From the IMG/VR virus record IMGVR_UViG_3300042885_000900: DNA of 64,000 nucleotides. One strand, given 5' to 3'. This stretch comes from a virus. Taxonomy: Duplodnaviria; Heunggongvirae; Uroviricota; Caudoviricetes. Position numbers and translations under genes: made by a program. The notes under the pieces are model-generated. The model made no database searches and was not told where the DNA came from. It saw only the letters and a list, made by a program, of their open reading frames with translations. Below, one piece after another: positions 9,333-19,469 of this stretch (position 1 is its first letter; every line of letters starts with the position of its first letter).

Positions 9333-12050
9333 ATGAAAAAAGTTTTAATTATAACCCCCCATTTAAGTACTGGTGGAGCACCACAAGTAACACTTAATAA
9401 GATAAAGTTATTAAAGAACGATTATATTATTAAATGTGTTGAATATTCTTTGGTTGCGTGGAACTATGTGGTTCAACGAAATCAAATTGAAAATATGTTA
9501 TTAGATAATTTCCACCCATTAGGAGATAATAAATCTGAACTTATTAATATTTTAAAAGATTTTAATCCTGATGTTGTTAGTATGGAAGAATTCCCTGAAT
9601 TCTTTATGGACGATGAAATAACAAAAGAAATATATAAGCAAGACCGTAGATACACTATTTTTGAAACTACCCACGATTCTAGCTTTCCTGTTACATCAAA
9701 AAGATTTTTTCCTGATAAATTCATATTTGTAAGTGCGTTTAACGCCTTTAGATATTCTATCTTTGATATTCCATATGAAATAATAGAATATCCTGTAGAT
9801 GTCAAAATAAAAAACCAAAAAGAGAATCAAGAGAAATTAGATTTAAACCCTAATTGGAAACATGTGGTTAATGTTGGTTTATTTACCGCTAGAAAAAACC
9901 AAAAATATCTTTTTGAGATTGCCGAATACTTAAAGAATTATAAAATTAAATTTCATTTTATTGGGAATCAAGCGGACAACTTTAAAGATTATTGGGGACC
10001 ATTGATAACTAACAAACCAAAGAATGCCATTATATGGGGTGAAAGAAATGATGTGGGTAGTTTTATTCAAGCATCCGATGTATTTTTCTTTTCATCAAAA
10101 GGTGACCGAAATAATAAGGAATTAAACCCTATCGCCATTAAAGAGGCTTTAGAGTATAAGATACCGATGATGATGTATAATTTGGAGGTTTATTGTGATA
10201 AATACAATGATAAAGAATCAATAATCTTTTTAACCGGAGATATAAAACAAGATTCCGAAAACTTATTAAACATATTAGGTCTTGAGATTGACAATAATTT
10301 AATCTCATCCATAAATGATGATGAAGTAATTATTATCAGTACTTACCCCGACACCATTAAACGCAAAAATCTAACGATTGAGTGTATAGAAAGTTTCAAA
10401 AAATTAGGTAGAAAAATTATATTAGTTTCTCATTATCCGGTACCAAATGAAATACAGGAGATGGCGGATTATTATATATTTGACTCAAATAATTTAATGA
10501 TACCTCATTCATATTATACTCACTTCTATAATAATACAGACCAATATAATACTCAAATAAACATCAATGGGTTATCAAATTCAAATCAATCTTTGGCGGT
10601 ACACATGAATTTTATGAATGGTGCTAAATTGGCTAAAGATATTGGTGCAACCAAATTTATGATAATCACTTATGATGTTATTCTAAATGATTTAGACATA
10701 CCATTAATTGAAGAATATTTTAATAAATTAACAACTTGGAACTGTTGTTTATCCTATATGGATAATGGTATTGAAACGACATCAATGGTGTTTAAAACCA
10801 GTTATTTTCTAAATACTTTTTTAGATATTAATGATGAAGTTACCTTTAATAATCATTGTTTAGAATTAAAATGTCACAATTTTTTAGAAAATTACTATAT
10901 GAAAATTTTAGAAGGTAAAGAAAATATTTGGATTGAATATAATAATAAAAAAACAATATTACCGAATTCAGGTTTGGGGGTATCATCTAATTCTGAATAT
11001 TATTCAATTTTACCAGTTAATGATACTAAAAATAGGTGGGTGTTTTATTTTTATACATATAATATTGATAATCGTAGATTGGAATTATCAATTAATAAAT
11101 CGGGTAAAAACATCTTTAATGATTCTATAATTATTTCCGAACATAAGTTAGATTTAGTAACCAATAGAGCAAAATATTTTAAACATATCGATTATGATGG
11201 AGAACCTATTGAAATTATCATTTCATTTTATGATGGAAATAATTTACATAAAACAGAAACTTACGAATTAAATGATGTAACAATTCACGAATATCGTAAT
11301 AACGGGTTCTTTAAAGAAATTAATATTAACCAATCTTTAAAATATAATGTTAAAGTATTACATTTACAAACAACCATAGACGACAGTAGAGAGCAACTAT
11401 CAAGAGAATCTGTTAAAAGAGTTTGTGATTTTGGGTTTAATTATGTATTACATCAAAATGAGGTGTTTTCATCATTACCACCATCACATAATTGTTTAAG
11501 ACCTCATAATGTTAGATTAGAAAAATATACTAATATTAACGACCCTGAATACGGGAATGCTTTAACCCCAACTCATTATGGATGTTTTGAATCATTCAAA
11601 TTGGGGATTATGTCTGAATTTGATAAAGATTTAGATTTTCTAATTGTGTGTGAAGGAGATTGTATAATTGAGGTCCCTATGGAGGAATTTGTAAATAAAG
11701 TCAATCAAGTTTGTGAAATCATTAATAATGAAGATATATCTTATTTCTCATTTGGAGATACTAAAACATTAGATTTTGGGTGGCATCAATCTGATGTGGT
11801 TAGAGAAATACCTAATCAAGATTTACTTTTTATTACTGATAAAATAATTGGTTTGCAATGTATCATGTTTCCAATAAAAACTAAAGAATACCTTATCAAT
11901 AAATTAAGAACCGAAAAATGGGATTGTATGGACACATTTTTTAATATAATTTTTTCAGGTAAAAATATGGGGATACTAAAAAATAGAATAACAACTCAAT
12001 CAGACGGATATTCTTTAATTGATAAAGAATTAAAAACATTTATAAAATAA
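9333..12050 (+). CDS. Multidomain glycosyltransferase (GT4-like N-terminus, central domain, GT25-like C-terminus)
   Basis: PHLSTGG, VG...RKNQ and ELNPIAIKEA motifs; C-terminal GCFESF...IVCEGD. Confidence 0.7.
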   Translation: MKKVLIITPHLSTGGAPQVTLNKIKLLKNDYIIKCVEYSLVAWNYVVQRNQIENMLLDNFHPLGDNKSELINILKDFNPDVVSMEEFPEFFMDDEITKEIYKQDRRYTIFETTHDSSFPVTSKRFFPDKFIFVSAFNAFRYSIFDIPYEIIEYPVDVKIKNQKENQEKLDLNPNWKHVVNVGLFTARKNQKYLFEIAEYLKNYKIKFHFIGNQADNFKDYWGPLITNKPKNAIIWGERNDVGSFIQASDVFFFSSKGDRNNKELNPIAIKEALEYKIPMMMYNLEVYCDKYNDKESIIFLTGDIKQDSENLLNILGLEIDNNLISSINDDEVIIISTYPDTIKRKNLTIECIESFKKLGRKIILVSHYPVPNEIQEMADYYIFDSNNLMIPHSYYTHFYNNTDQYNTQININGLSNSNQSLAVHMNFMNGAKLAKDIGATKFMIITYDVILNDLDIPLIEEYFNKLTTWNCCLSYMDNGIETTSMVFKTSYFLNTFLDINDEVTFNNHCLELKCHNFLENYYMKILEGKENIWIEYNNKKTILPNSGLGVSSNSEYYSILPVNDTKNRWVFYFYTYNIDNRRLELSINKSGKNIFNDSIIISEHKLDLVTNRAKYFKHIDYDGEPIEIIISFYDGNNLHKTETYELNDVTIHEYRNNGFFKEININQSLKYNVKVLHLQTTIDDSREQLSRESVKRVCDFGFNYVLHQNEVFSSLPPSHNCLRPHNVRLEKYTNINDPEYGNALTPTHYGCFESFKLGIMSEFDKDLDFLIVCEGDCIIEVPMEEFVNKVNQVCEIINNEDISYFSFGDTKTLDFGWHQSDVVREIPNQDLLFITDKIIGLQCIMFPIKTKEYLINKLRTEKWDCMDTFFNIIFSGKNMGILKNRITTQSDGYSLIDKELKTFIK

Positions 12051-12054
12051 TAAA

Positions 12055-13218
12055 ATGGAAATAACTGGAAGTCATATTTATAAAAATTTAAAAATATCCC
12101 AACATGATTCAATATCGGAAAGTTTTGAAGAACTAATCATTTCTCTCAAACCTAGTCAAATTTTAGAAATAGGTACTTTTGGGGGTGGATTAACTTTATT
12201 AATTAGAGATTTATTAGATAATAACGGATTAAAAAATACTAGATTAATAACCTACGATATTAACACACCTTCCCATCTTATGGATTATGTGAGAGAAGGT
12301 TCAAAGATAGATGTTAGAGTTAAAAATATTTTCAATTCCGATTATAATGGTTTAATTGATGAACAGGAGATAATAGATATTATACAATCAAATGGGACAA
12401 CATTAGTTTTATGTGATGGGGGTAATAAAATAAATGAATTTAAAATATTGTCAAATTATTTAAAAGTTGGTGATGTAATTATGGCACATGATTACTCCCC
12501 AAATGAAGAACATTTTCAAAAACATATTAATAATCAAATATGGAATTGGTTTGAAATACAAGATTCAGATATTATTGACTCTTGTATTAAAAATAGTTTA
12601 ATCTCTTATATGGAAGAAAAATTTAGAAATGTTGTTTGGGTTTGTAAAATCAAATCACAAGTTTTGTTATCTATTTTAGTATGTTCTTTACTTGAGAGAA
12701 ATAATACATTTTTAAATAAATTAATTAATTCGGTTGAATCTCAAATCGGTGATAATCCGGTAGAATTTTTAGTATTTTCGGATAACGCGAAAAGGTCTAT
12801 TGGTGCAAAAAGAAATGATTTATTAAGATTATCAAAAGGAAAGTATGTTTCATTCATTGATGATGATGACCGAATTTCCGATACATACATTAAAGATATT
12901 CTTAACGAAATTGTTAATTGGTCACCAGATGTTATCGTTTTTGATGCGGAAATTTCATTTAATGGTTCTAACAATAAATTAGTTAAATATGGTAGGGAAT
13001 ACGATTATTGTGAAAAATCCGATGCGTATTATAGACACCCAAATCATTTAATGGTTCATAAAAAAGAAAATATTACCGAATTTTTTAACAACATTAATTT
13101 TGGTGAAGACGATGAATGGGCGTCGAGAATGTTACCAAGAATCGTAACACAGTCAAGAATAAATAAAATTTTATATTTTTACGATTACAACACCTCAACT
13201 AAAAAAATAATTAAATGA
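12055..13218 (+). CDS. Class I SAM methyltransferase fused to GT2 glycosyltransferase
   Basis: LEIGTFGGG, CDGG and AHD motifs, then IGAKRN...GKYVSFIDDDD and GED. Confidence 0.75.
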   Translation: MEITGSHIYKNLKISQHDSISESFEELIISLKPSQILEIGTFGGGLTLLIRDLLDNNGLKNTRLITYDINTPSHLMDYVREGSKIDVRVKNIFNSDYNGLIDEQEIIDIIQSNGTTLVLCDGGNKINEFKILSNYLKVGDVIMAHDYSPNEEHFQKHINNQIWNWFEIQDSDIIDSCIKNSLISYMEEKFRNVVWVCKIKSQVLLSILVCSLLERNNTFLNKLINSVESQIGDNPVEFLVFSDNAKRSIGAKRNDLLRLSKGKYVSFIDDDDRISDTYIKDILNEIVNWSPDVIVFDAEISFNGSNNKLVKYGREYDYCEKSDAYYRHPNHLMVHKKENITEFFNNINFGEDDEWASRMLPRIVTQSRINKILYFYDYNTSTKKIIK

Positions 13219-13844
13219 TGGAAAGATTTAATATTATAAATTACTTGATAGAAAACAATAATTATAAAAGTTTTTTGGAAATTGGGACTCAGGAGCGTAT
13301 CAATTTATCCAAAATAATTATTGATAAAAAAATTAGTGTTGACCCAGACCCAAATGTTAATAGTGATTTTAATATATCTTCCGATGATTTTTTTAAACAA
13401 AATATGGATAAATTTGATATTATTTTTATAGATGGACTACATCATGCCGATTTTGCGTATAGAGATATAATAAATTCATTAAAAATATTAAATAAAGACG
13501 GTTGCATTGTTGTTCACGATGTTATACCACATTCATATGAAAGCCAACTAATCCCGTTAGAAAAAACATTGTTAAACGGTACATCAATATGGAATGGTGA
13601 TGTTTGGAAAACATGGATTAAATTAAGAACTGAAAGAAAAGATTTAATGATGAAAGTTGTGAATACCGACCACGGATGTGGTATCATACATTTAACAAAC
13701 TATAATAACGGAGATTTTTTAGAATCTTACAATAATGGCTATTATGAATATAATAAAGAACTTATATTATCATCATTAAATCTAATTTCTTCTGACAAAT
13801 TTTTAACATTATTTAAAACCCCAATTTCTAAACAATATGATTAA
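13215..13844 (+). CDS. SAM-dependent methyltransferase (Methyltransf_24-like)
   Basis: LEIG, DIIFIDGLH and IVVHD motifs. Confidence 0.8.
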   Translation: MMERFNIINYLIENNNYKSFLEIGTQERINLSKIIIDKKISVDPDPNVNSDFNISSDDFFKQNMDKFDIIFIDGLHHADFAYRDIINSLKILNKDGCIVVHDVIPHSYESQLIPLEKTLLNGTSIWNGDVWKTWIKLRTERKDLMMKVVNTDHGCGIIHLTNYNNGDFLESYNNGYYEYNKELILSSLNLISSDKFLTLFKTPISKQYD

Positions 13845-16698
13845 TAATATTTTTAACATAGATAAAAATACCATATCTATTGATGTGATTTGTTTATCAA
13901 ACACTAAAGATAAAAGTTTTTATAATTTAACAAAACAGACATTAGACACCCTTTTACTAACCAAAGGGGGGTATGTTTTTAACATAAAATTAATAGAATC
14001 TAATATTGAATCTAAATTTATTTATGATTATCCGAATTTAAATGTTATCACACCAAATGAAAAATTTAATTATAATAAATTCTTAAATATTGGGTTGTCA
14101 TATTGTGAAAGTGAATGGATATTAATTATCAATAATGATTTAATATTTACTGAAGATTGGTTAAATAACATATTAATTGAATATTCTTTAAATCCTAACA
14201 TAAAATCTTTTTCACCCTTTGAACCTGAATGGGTTCAAAATTATTATAATGGTTCATTTAAAGAGGGTAATGTTTTTTTAGGTTATAATCCTTGTGTTGA
14301 GTTATACGGGTGGTGTATATTAGTTAAGAAAGAAGTAATAGATTTAATAGGCGGGTTTGATGAACAATTTGAATTTTATTATCAAGATAATGATTATGGT
14401 TTAACTTTACAAAAGCACAATATTCCACATGCTTTAATTAAAAATTCTATAGTTTATCATTTAGTATCTAAAAGCCATGAATTAATACCGAATGATAAAC
14501 ACAAGTCAAACACAAGAATAATGGAAAAATTATTTAGAAATAAATGGGAAAAATGGGAAAAAATAAATAACTATATGAGAATAACACAAGTAACTCCGGG
14601 AGTAATCCCAATACCCCCTAATGGATGGGGAGCCGTCGAAAAAATATTATGGTGCTACCATAACGAATTTAATTCTTTGGGTCACGAATGTACTATAAAA
14701 TATTTAAATGAGGCGTCTACCGATAATTCGGATATTATACATATCCATATTGCCAATTTAGCATTAGATGCTGCGGAAAGAGGTGTCCCTTACATCTTTT
14801 CATTACACGACCATCATGTTGTTCATTATGGAAAAGATTCATTTAACTATCGTCAAAATTTAGAAGCAATACAAAAATCCGTAATTTCATTTTGTCACGC
14901 AGAATATTTAGTTGATTACTTTGAAGGGACTGATAAATTATTCTATCTATCTCATGGAGTGGAAGTTGATTATTTTAAAGTCGATAATTTATATAGAGAA
15001 GAACATAAATTACTTTGTATTGCTAATAATGGTATTGGAGGTGACTCCTCGTTTGATAGAAAAGGGTTTAGATACGCAATAGAATCTGCAAAAAAATTAA
15101 ATCTTCCAATAACAATTGCCGGACCGGAAAACAATAAATTATTTTTTCAACACCACCCTGACTTATTAGAATACGAAAAATTAACGCTATTATTAACCAA
15201 TTTAAGTGAAGATGAAATTTTAGAGTTATATAAATCACACTCAATATTTTTACACCCATCCATATTGGAAGCTGGTCACCCAAATTTAACATTATTAGAG
15301 GCTGTCTCTTGTGGACTTCCTGTTGTTGGAACTTACGAGGGGTCTCAAAAGATTGACGGTATGATTATATCCGAAAGAAATTCTGATTTAGTTGCGAATG
15401 CTATCTCGGAAATAATAAATCAATATAAACATTATGTTGATTTAACCCAAAACAATAGAACTAAATTTGATTGGACAACTATTTGTAAAAGAATGGTTAA
15501 AATGTATGAGGTGGTTACCTCAATAAAAAAGGAATACTCATCTGAAGAAACCAAAAATTTATTTATAAAAAATTTTAACAATATAACGAAAACAATGGGA
15601 TTAATAAACTCAAATAACCAAAATGTAAAACCAGATGTAAAATATAATTTTCATTTTGTTAATCAACCTTTTTTTGAAATATTAGGTGATAGTGATAAAA
15701 AATTTAATGTTGAATTTTATGATAGTAGTGGATTGCATCATCACACAGAATTATCGTCAAATATGTGGACTAAAGTAAGTCGAGAATACTTTACAAATTG
15801 GTATATCAAAGTTTCTTGTGATAATGATATTGTTTTTGAATATAACCTTGATTTAACAAATAGAAGAGTTTTCATTTCTTTTGAATCTAGTTCATTGGGA
15901 GATAGTATTGCTTGGATACCTTATGTTTTAGAATTTAAAAAACAACATAATTGTATTGTAATTGTCTCAACTTTTTGGAATAAATTATTTAAAAAATCCT
16001 ATCCTGAATTAGAGTTTATTGAACCGGGTTCAACGGTACATAATTTATTTGCCTTATACAGAATTGGGTGGTTTGAAAACGAAACAAAAGAACCGTTTTA
16101 CCCTAATACAATACCATTACAAAAAACAATCACAAATCTTTTAAAATTAGAACATTCCGAAATTAAAGCAACACTTGATTTTACACCTAAAGTAAAACCT
16201 ATGGTTGAGAAGTATATAACAATTGCCGATGAATCAACCGCAGGATTAAAACTATGGAATAACCCAAAAGGGTGGCAAGAACTTATTGATTATTTAACTG
16301 GATTAGGTTATAAAATTATTAATATATCTAAACACGGTGGAAATTATAAAAATGTTACAAAATTAAAAGACACATCAATAGAGAATACAATGAACTATAT
16401 TCACCATAGTGAATTCTTTATTGGGTTATCAAGTGGATTGTCTTGGCTTTCATGGGCGTTAGGAAAACATGTTGTTATGATTTCTAATTTTACCGAATCT
16501 AACCATGAATTTACCACAAACTGTACTAGAATTACAAATGATTCTGTATGTAATGGATGTTGGAATAAGTCAGAATTTAGATTTGACCGTGGTGATTGGA
16601 ATTGGTGTCCCGAAAATAAAGGAACACCTCGTCAGTTTGAGTGTCACAAATCAATAACCTCTGAAATGGTGATAAAACAGATACAACATTTATTATAA
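13837..16698 (+). CDS. GT2 + GT4 + TibC/Aah-like autotransporter O-heptosyltransferase fusion
   Basis: GT2 INND motif; GT4 PP.GWGAVE and E...LTLLEA; C-terminal SLGDSIAW, FIGLSSGLSW and CNGCW...WCP...FECHKSI. Confidence 0.75.
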   Translation: MINNIFNIDKNTISIDVICLSNTKDKSFYNLTKQTLDTLLLTKGGYVFNIKLIESNIESKFIYDYPNLNVITPNEKFNYNKFLNIGLSYCESEWILIINNDLIFTEDWLNNILIEYSLNPNIKSFSPFEPEWVQNYYNGSFKEGNVFLGYNPCVELYGWCILVKKEVIDLIGGFDEQFEFYYQDNDYGLTLQKHNIPHALIKNSIVYHLVSKSHELIPNDKHKSNTRIMEKLFRNKWEKWEKINNYMRITQVTPGVIPIPPNGWGAVEKILWCYHNEFNSLGHECTIKYLNEASTDNSDIIHIHIANLALDAAERGVPYIFSLHDHHVVHYGKDSFNYRQNLEAIQKSVISFCHAEYLVDYFEGTDKLFYLSHGVEVDYFKVDNLYREEHKLLCIANNGIGGDSSFDRKGFRYAIESAKKLNLPITIAGPENNKLFFQHHPDLLEYEKLTLLLTNLSEDEILELYKSHSIFLHPSILEAGHPNLTLLEAVSCGLPVVGTYEGSQKIDGMIISERNSDLVANAISEIINQYKHYVDLTQNNRTKFDWTTICKRMVKMYEVVTSIKKEYSSEETKNLFIKNFNNITKTMGLINSNNQNVKPDVKYNFHFVNQPFFEILGDSDKKFNVEFYDSSGLHHHTELSSNMWTKVSREYFTNWYIKVSCDNDIVFEYNLDLTNRRVFISFESSSLGDSIAWIPYVLEFKKQHNCIVIVSTFWNKLFKKSYPELEFIEPGSTVHNLFALYRIGWFENETKEPFYPNTIPLQKTITNLLKLEHSEIKATLDFTPKVKPMVEKYITIADESTAGLKLWNNPKGWQELIDYLTGLGYKIINISKHGGNYKNVTKLKDTSIENTMNYIHHSEFFIGLSSGLSWLSWALGKHVVMISNFTESNHEFTTNCTRITNDSVCNGCWNKSEFRFDRGDWNWCPENKGTPRQFECHKSITSEMVIKQIQHLL

Positions 16699-16699
16699 C

Positions 16700-16727
16700 A
16701 AAAAACCCCAATTAAGGGGTTTTTTTA
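16700..16727. terminator. Bidirectional intrinsic terminator
   Basis: aaaaaacccc-aatta-aggggttttttt between convergent genes. Confidence 0.75.
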
Positions 16728-17600
16728 TTGTTTTCTAATTGAATCTATAATTTGATTTACATCAAAAATTTCATTTAAATCATTATACGGAATACTTGTC
16801 ATATCTTGGAATAATAAATATTTAGAATAATGACTATGGTCTAACATAATCTCTTTTGTTGGGGTATTTGCCGTTATATTTGTATTGGTGTGATATCCGA
16901 AAACATTGGGGTTAGTTCCAACCCAAGTAACAACCGATGGTAAATTTAATGCCATCGCAATGTGCATAACGCTTGAATCTATTAACAATCGTTTTTTAGA
17001 TAAACTTAATAGAATTGCTATACTCCTAAAATCGTCTAACGCTTGTAATGTATCTTCATAAACAAATTGGTCTTCCCTTTTAATGTGGAGAATTACGTAA
17101 TCATTTTTAAAATATCTAATCACTTCCTCTATTGTTGGTTGAGGTATATCACGAGTCCAACTATATTTTAATGGTTGTCCAGCCGCTCCACCGTTTGGTT
17201 GGATAACCATAATTGGTTTATCCACTTTATAGAATTGCGTGAAGTATTGTTTTTCAGCTTCAGATATAAAAATTTCAGGTAATTCTCCTCTATATTCAAC
17301 CTTGAACATTTCACACCAAATTTGAATTAAATGTTTGGATTCTGTAATGTAATCTGATGTTTGATATGGTTCACCAACAAACACTTTAGATTCTTGGTTC
17401 ATAATGTATTTAGCGTAAATACCCGATAATTGACCGTGATTTAATACCTTGTTCATATTTGGATTGTTAATAAAAATATCCGGAAAACCAGTTACTACAA
17501 TTATATAATCGTCAGGGTATTGTCTTCTAATGGCTTTTAATACGGCGGTTCCCATTACACTTTTTCCGAGACCACCTTCTATTGAAAATATTATATTCAT
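16725..17600 (-). CDS. GT9 (ADP-heptose transferase)-like glycosyltransferase
   Basis: EGGLGK, IDSSVMHIAMAL and PSVVTW motifs. Confidence 0.7.
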   Translation of the reverse strand: MNIIFSIEGGLGKSVMGTAVLKAIRRQYPDDYIIVVTGFPDIFINNPNMNKVLNHGQLSGIYAKYIMNQESKVFVGEPYQTSDYITESKHLIQIWCEMFKVEYRGELPEIFISEAEKQYFTQFYKVDKPIMVIQPNGGAAGQPLKYSWTRDIPQPTIEEVIRYFKNDYVILHIKREDQFVYEDTLQALDDFRSIAILLSLSKKRLLIDSSVMHIAMALNLPSVVTWVGTNPNVFGYHTNTNITANTPTKEIMLDHSHYSKYLLFQDMTSIPYNDLNEIFDVNQIIDSIRKQ

Positions 17601-17610
17601 CTTTGTTTTT

Positions 17611-18057
17611 TTAATTGTTTAATATTTTTTTTATACATTCATTAACCCCAATGTTTGTGGTGTCAATATTAATAAAGTTTTCTGTAGGTGATTCATAATC
17701 ATCAACAAACAAATTCTCTCTACCTCTAATTTCTGATGTGTGAACATAAATCTCTGTGATTTTTCTACCCATCTTTTTCTTAAATTCTTCTCTTTGGTCT
17801 TTATAAGGTGATACTAATGAAACAACGACATGAACACTTTTAGAATTAAGGTATTGAGACATTTGTTGAGCGAGTTGTATATTTTTTCTTCTACCCTCTT
17901 CAGAATAATCTTTATTATCAAATAAATCTCTAATATCATCACCATCAATATGGAAACATAATTCTCTTTTAGAATCAACAATTGATGAACATAATTCTTT
18001 CGCCATTGTTGTTTTACCGGCTCCCGGCTGACCTGTTATCCAAAATATATTAGACAT
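17611..18057 (-). CDS. cysC: Adenylylsulfate (APS) kinase
   Basis: WITGQPGAGKTT, IDGDDIR, DYSEEGR..N, SLVSPY and YESP. Start moved from 18138 to ATG 18057, which overlaps the upstream stop. Confidence 0.85.
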   Translation of the reverse strand: MSNIFWITGQPGAGKTTMAKELCSSIVDSKRELCFHIDGDDIRDLFDNKDYSEEGRRKNIQLAQQMSQYLNSKSVHVVVSLVSPYKDQREEFKKKMGRKITEIYVHTSEIRGRENLFVDDYESPTENFINIDTTNIGVNECIKKILNN

Positions 18058-18871
18058 ACCCAAAATAATCATAAAACCATTTATAGTGATTCTTAATATT
18101 GGTGGATAATTCATAACCCAATATATCCAAATAATCATCCGGTAATTTTCTAAATTCTTTTCTCAATACATGGTCACCATATATACCGTGAACAACATCA
18201 TTTTCGTTTGTCACCTGTTCGATATATTCAAAATTGTGTCCTTGATACATTGGTTGTCCAACATAGTCGTAAAATCGTTTTAATTCTCTTTCAGGGTTAT
18301 CCATTAAATCCTCATATCTAATAAATAAAATTTTAGTATGAAGTCCTTGTTGGAAGATATCTTGTAGTCGGTCTAATGTGACACCAACCGGTGGTCCACT
18401 AGCCCAAATATCAATTCGTTTATTTACAGTTGTTCCAACCAATTCGTTTGGGTTCTGTACATGACTTTCTTTGTGGGGGTTTTTTCTAAAGTTCTTTTCC
18501 ATTGAGGAATAGACACATCTGATGTCTCTAACCATACAAACAATCTTTGGGTCTTCTTTGAATAAACTCAATAGATTGTAATTAATACCCCACCCTCGAC
18601 TCTTATCTAACACATAGGGTTTATCTGTTAATTCCTCAAAGAATCCTTGAATCCCTTTTCTACAAAAATTAATGAATGCTTTTTCCATTAATTTAGGGTC
18701 TTGTGCTCTAATTTCTTGAGAACCATTATAATGATTTTTTGCTCCTGACACCAACTCAATTAATCCTGATGTTGGGGTTACGTAAAATTGGGGGTTTTGT
18801 CCGATTAAATTTTGAAATAGGGTTGAACCTGCTCTAGGTAGAGAAGAGTTAAAAAAGATTATCTTATCCAT
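18050..18871 (-). CDS. PAPS-dependent sulfotransferase
   Basis: 5'-PSB motif SLPRAGSTL; 3'-PB motif VRD....SS; RYEDL. Confidence 0.85.
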   Translation of the reverse strand: MDKIIFFNSSLPRAGSTLFQNLIGQNPQFYVTPTSGLIELVSGAKNHYNGSQEIRAQDPKLMEKAFINFCRKGIQGFFEELTDKPYVLDKSRGWGINYNLLSLFKEDPKIVCMVRDIRCVYSSMEKNFRKNPHKESHVQNPNELVGTTVNKRIDIWASGPPVGVTLDRLQDIFQQGLHTKILFIRYEDLMDNPERELKRFYDYVGQPMYQGHNFEYIEQVTNENDVVHGIYGDHVLRKEFRKLPDDYLDILGYELSTNIKNHYKWFYDYFGYV

Positions 18872-19012
18872 AAATTATAACATATATTTGTGTTAATAAT
18901 AAACGGATATTGAATTGTTGTAAACCCTATTGAAGTAATTTTTAATAGGGTTTATTCGAAAAAATAAAGTGGTCTTGTCCTCTCCGACCAGCTAATTCCC
19001 GTAGCAACCACC

Positions 19013-19276
19013 TTATAGCAATATCGTTCCGATGATAGCTCCTAAGGTTGTGAAGGCGATGTCATAGTAATCAAAAGGGGCTTCGTGATATTTTCCATGG
19101 TACCATTCCCAAACAAATCCTATTACATATCCAAATAGACCTGCCACTATAAGTTGACCTATTTTCCCTATATCAAAGGAGGGGTCAAATTTGATTAGTA
19201 GCCAAATAATCGGCGTTACTGTTAAAATACCACCAAGTATGTGTAAGTGATATCGTTGTTTAAAAAAATTATTCAT
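19013..19276 (-). CDS. Small membrane protein
   Basis: Three hydrophobic segments; HLH...WE...D.YD...T..G pattern. Confidence 0.6.
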   Translation of the reverse strand: MNNFFKQRYHLHILGGILTVTPIIWLLIKFDPSFDIGKIGQLIVAGLFGYVIGFVWEWYHGKYHEAPFDYYDIAFTTLGAIIGTILL

Positions 19277-19280
19277 AATT

Positions 19281-19454
19281 TTAATTATTATTGTTTATAT
19301 AAGGTTGTTCATTATACCAAGTCCATCCTTCAACGGGGTAGGTGTAAGTATCTTTTAATTCTTTTACTAATGTGAAATCGGGGGCGTATACAAAGTTAGG
19401 TGCGTATAGCCAATAATTGTCTTCAAATTTATAAAATCCTGATGTATCTTCCAT
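19281..19454 (-). CDS. Small hypothetical protein (57 aa)
   Basis: Below the ORF-track cutoff. MEDTSGFYK...YAPNFVYAPDF...YPVEGWTW, filling the gap between co-oriented genes. Confidence 0.65.
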   Translation of the reverse strand: MEDTSGFYKFEDNYWLYAPNFVYAPDFTLVKELKDTYTYPVEGWTWYNEQPYINNNN

Positions 19455-19469
19455 ATTTTTTTATTTATT

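Noticed and set aside
18058-18138. N-terminal extension of APS kinase in the ORF track
   Set aside because: Overlaps the sulfotransferase; the kinase fold begins at ATG 18057
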